Below are positions 61,050-64,000 of a stretch of DNA of 64,000 nt, one piece after another. The position numbers and the translations under genes are program-made. Position 1 is the first letter of the stretch. Each line of letters begins with the position of its first letter. This DNA comes from Gammaproteobacteria bacterium. GTDB taxonomy: Bacteria > Pseudomonadota > Gammaproteobacteria > UBA4575. The notes under the pieces are model-generated. The model saw only the letters and a program-made list of their open reading frames with translations. It was not told where the DNA came from and made no database searches. The stretch is from the NCBI GenBank assembly GCA_965221955.1, contig CBDCTA010000002.1, positions 156,929 through 220,928 of the forward strand, read 5' to 3'.

Positions 61050-62233
61050 GTGGAAGAACCCATTCAATCGCTCTCAATCGGCGAGAGTAAAATTACCATT
61101 TTAGGTACAGCACACGTGTCTCGTGCGAGTGCTGAAAAAGTACAACAACTTATTCAATCGGGTGAATTTGATGTCGTTTGCATAGAACTTTGTCCAAGCC
61201 GTCATAATGCAATGACAGATCCTAATGCACTAGCAAAAATGGATTTGTTTAATGTTATCCGAAGCGGTAAAGCCAGTATGGTAACTGCTAGTTTGGCACT
61301 TGGGTCTTATCAACAACGTATGGCAGAACAATTGGGGATAGAGCCGGGTTTGGAGATGAAGACCGCAATTAAACAAGCGGAAGAGAAAAACTTACCAATA
61401 GAGCTCATTGATAGAGAAGTAGGTACCACACTTAAGCGTGTTTATCATAATGTTCCATTTTGGAAACGTCTCTACATTATCGCAGGCTTATTCACGAGTG
61501 TAGTTTCTCGTGAGAGTGTTTCAGAAGAAGAGATTGAAAAATTAAAAAGTGGTGATTTGCTAGAAACTACTTTTGCTCAGTTTTCTGAAGATGCGAATGA
61601 CTTATTTATCCCTTTAATTGATGAGCGAGATCGTTACATGTCTGCAAAGCTATTAAAATCGCTTCAAATTTATCCTGGTAAAAGATTTATTGGCAGTTGT
61701 AGGAGCGGGGCATGTTAAAGGCATGGTGAATTATCTTAAAGAAAATTCAATACAGGCTGATGAAGTGATTGCCGAACTGGATGTTATCCCAAAGAAAAGA
61801 TCTTGGTTTAAATTTATTCCATGGGCAATTGTAGCGTTAATTATTTTTGGGTTTTATCTGGGTTTTCGCCAAGGTCCAGATTTAGGATGGAGCCTGATAT
61901 GGCAATGGGTTGTGATTAATGGCAGTTTGTCAGCGCTAGGTGCTGTAATTGCAGGTGCACATTTGCTGACAATTATTACTGCTTTTATAGCAGCACCGAT
62001 TACATCTTTGAATCCAACAATAGGTGCAGGCATGGTCACTGCAGCAATGGAGTTGTTTATACGCAAACCAACAGTAAGCGACTTTAGTGATTTAAGAAAA
62101 GATACGGCTTCCGCATTAGGGTGGCGTAAAAATAGGGTAGCAAAAATATTGCTTGATATTTGTATTGAGTTCACTAGGTTCTGCAATAGGAACCTATGTA
62201 GCGGGTTTTAGAATATTTGGACAATTAACCTAA
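61050..62233 (+). pseudogene. TraB/GumN-family (pheromone shutdown-like) protein, frameshifted near 61680 and 62160
   Basis: LGTAHVS, ELC..R and LIDERD.YM, then AVVGAGH in another frame, then APITSLNP.IGAG. Confidence 0.8.
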
Positions 62234-62260
62234 GTTCATGGACGGCCTATAGGAAAGTAA

Positions 62261-62340
62261 GAAGTGCAGAAATTGTATGACTGCATGGATGCAGGAGGTA
62301 GAGCAACGCAGGAGCATTTGCCGAGGAGCAACTTTCTGCC
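62261..62340 (+). repeat. GGA-loop repeat nested inside the GGA loop of another repeat
   Basis: Host GAAGTGCAGAAATTGT...AGGAGCAACTTTCTGCC; insert ATGACTGCATGGATGCAGGAGGTAGAGCAACGCAGGAGCATTTGCCG (62277-62323). Confidence 0.85.
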
Positions 62341-62379
62341 GATGCGCATATGCATCAAATATTCAAAATCGGATAGAGA

Positions 62380-62748
62380 TTAATAATCTTCATCCAAATT
62401 CTGCGATAAGAAAACTTCCTGAGTCTTGTCAATATAAAAGTCTCGCAAACAAGTTTTATTGGTTTGTGAATAAATCGTGTCATGGGTTACAAATTCGTAA
62501 GCACCATAAATTTTATCGATTAAATTCAAAACAATCACTTGTTCGTTATATGCGTTTCCTTGTTTAAGATATTGGTTAGTCACTTCTGTTTCATTTAGTC
62601 CAATATCTCGATTCATCGCGATCACCTGAGCTGCACTGGATTTCCACATGCAAAATCTTTTCATTTCAGGATATTCATCAGCAGTGGCAGGATTAGGAAT
62701 GACGAGAATAAGGAATAATGTTAAATAAAAACCTAACGTTTTTAACAT
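62380..62748 (-). CDS. Hypothetical secreted protein
   Basis: Signal peptide ending ATA; two Cys; GGGAG RBS. Confidence 0.75.
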   Translation of the reverse strand: MLKTLGFYLTLFLILVIPNPATADEYPEMKRFCMWKSSAAQVIAMNRDIGLNETEVTNQYLKQGNAYNEQVIVLNLIDKIYGAYEFVTHDTIYSQTNKTCLRDFYIDKTQEVFLSQNLDEDY

Positions 62749-62941
62749 TGTTAACTCCCTTTAACTGAGTGGTATCTTTATCTTAAGCGGCCAATAGGCA
62801 TAAAAGCTAAGCGTTGTTAGGTGTTAATATCTAAAGGGTTTGTATTGGCTGATGCCTGGGATATAAATTTTTTATTTATAAATGGCATGAAAAATATTGA
62901 TGTAAAGTTTCACGACAAGTGGTTTATTAATGCAGGGAAGT

Positions 62942-62992
62942 GAGCGCAAGGATGCGCGAATATGATGTCCATCAGGGATGATGCAACAGATT
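62942..62992 (+). repeat. GGA-loop double-hairpin repeat
   Basis: GAGCGCAAGGATGCGCGAATATGATGTCCATCAGGGATGATGCAACAGATT; stems covary with the 35677/36212 copies. Confidence 0.75.
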
Positions 62993-62995
62993 CGG

Positions 62996-63030
62996 GTCAT
63001 TACGAGGAACGAAGTGACGAAGCAATCCAG
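62996..63030 (+). repeat. Single arm of a GTCATTGCGAGG...GAAGCAATCC REP-like repeat
   Basis: GTCATTACGAGGAACGAAGTGACGAAGCAATCCAG; recalled as a widespread bacterial palindromic repeat, no second copy in window. Confidence 0.6.
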
Positions 63031-63107
63031 TCTTTGTAAGTAACATCTTGGCTTTTTCGCTCTCTCTCCAAGTTATAATTCTTTTCTTTAGTATCTGTTC
63101 TAAGAAA

Positions 63108-63262
63108 GCAAGGTACTTTTGTTACGCCAAAAGTACCCAAAAGCATTGCACTAACATCACTTAATCTGAGAATGCTCGCTATTTTCAGCGGTTTGCAAAC
63201 TCGCTTCACTCAGACATTACTCGCCTTCACCTGAAAATATCTTGCGCTTCTCAGCGTGATGT
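63108..63262. repeat. Structured MITE/REP-like segment
   Basis: GGTACTTTTG..CAAAAGTACC hairpin; CTGAGAA...TTCTCAG and ATTTTCAG...CTGAAAAT nested inverted repeats. Confidence 0.5.
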
Positions 63263-63296
63263 AATGCGCGATCAAGAAGTGCTAGGAATTGAGTAT

Positions 63297-63326
63297 AATG
63301 TCCGCTAACGACCCAAAGCCGACTTT
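63297..63326. repeat. 30-bp palindromic site, second copy
   Basis: AATGTCCGCTAACGACCCAAAGCCGACTTT, 27/30 to the reverse complement of 36134-36163. Confidence 0.85.
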
Positions 63327-63366
63327 TTTTCATCTTACTTATAACAAGTGATATGTATTTATAATT

Positions 63367-64000
63367 GTGTCAAGCAGATTAGCAGTCAAGATTAATGATA
63401 ATAGTGCAATAATACTTCTAAGAAGTTTGATTTTTATTGAATTAGGATTGCTGGTTCTCTATTTGTCGAATATTTATATCGAATTACCATATCCTATTGA
63501 AGAATTTATTGACTTAGATGGGGAAGCAAATTTCCCCGTCTGGTTTACTTCAGTTCAACTTTTTACACTAGGGTTGTTATTCATATTTTCTCAAAACTGG
63601 CCATGTATAAAACATATAGAAGACCCTAAATTTTATATTATATTAGGTATTTGTTTCGTGGCTTTATCTATCGATGAAACGGCAGTTGTCCATGAGAAAG
63701 TTACCTCTACACTAAAACAAATTAGCTGGATACCTAGATTTAAAGGTGACCATGGTATATGGATACCTTTGTACATATTAATTGCGATCACACTTATTAT
63801 CGTTGGTCATGCAGCGATTAAATCTACATTTAAAACATACAAGAAACAGGTTAAAGTTTTTATACTTGGATTATTTATTATTTTGTTTGGTGGTATAGGT
63901 CTAGAGATATTAGGGTATCTCTATTTACGTGTGGACGGGATGCAACTTCTATATAAATACGCTACAGGGTTTGAAGAGTTTTTCGAGATGTTAGGAGTAA
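63367..64000 (+). CDS. Hypothetical multi-TM membrane protein (runs off window)
   Basis: Manual translation from GTG 63367: DLDGEANFPVWF, LSIDE...HE and EEFFEMLG; open to the window end; AT-rich. Confidence 0.8.
   Translation, partial: MSSRLAVKINDNSAIILLRSLIFIELGLLVLYLSNIYIELPYPIEEFIDLDGEANFPVWFTSVQLFTLGLLFIFSQNWPCIKHIEDPKFYIILGICFVALSIDETAVVHEKVTSTLKQISWIPRFKGDHGIWIPLYILIAITLIIVGHAAIKSTFKTYKKQVKVFILGLFIILFGGIGLEILGYLYLRVDGMQLLYKYATGFEEFFEMLGV

Noticed and set aside
62731-62822. Integron attC site (ACCTAAC ... GTTAGGT)
   Set aside because: The ends are complementary, but the left one lies inside the first codons of a gene, the inner boxes pair poorly, and no integrase is present.

Overview
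A low-GC, gammaproteobacterial-looking chromosomal window, mostly housekeeping genes: mutS (partial), cinA-thpR-recA-recX-alaS-ask-csrA, three tRNAs, msrPQ, glpK-glpQ-glpD-like genes, a lexA-dinB cassette, a MerR/LitR-like regulator next to photolyase, a PAS-GGDEF-EAL protein, an ECF sigma/anti-sigma pair, sat, fadBA, gltA and mobAB/moeB. I found no integrase, transposase, CRISPR array or rRNA. The most unusual signals are non-coding. (1) A dispersed family of ~50-60 bp double-hairpin repeats with covarying stems and invariant GGA loops (the CsrA/RsmA-binding motif); copies nest inside each other, twice in a GGA loop. (2) An apparent 5' half of a duplicated tRNA-Arg expanded by such insertions into a GGA-rich, CsrB/RsmZ-like RNA candidate, beside an uncommon tRNA-Arg(TCG). 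(3) A lexA-dinB cassette with alphaproteobacterial-type GTTC-N7-GTTC boxes in a perfect palindrome, followed by ~49-bp repeats that re-encode the DinB C-terminus with synonymous changes. (4) Two cassette-like AT-rich membrane genes preceded by the same 30-bp palindrome. Clustered frameshifts at 59.2-62.2 kb look like sequencing errors. All protein calls come from motif recognition by eye, not from database searches.
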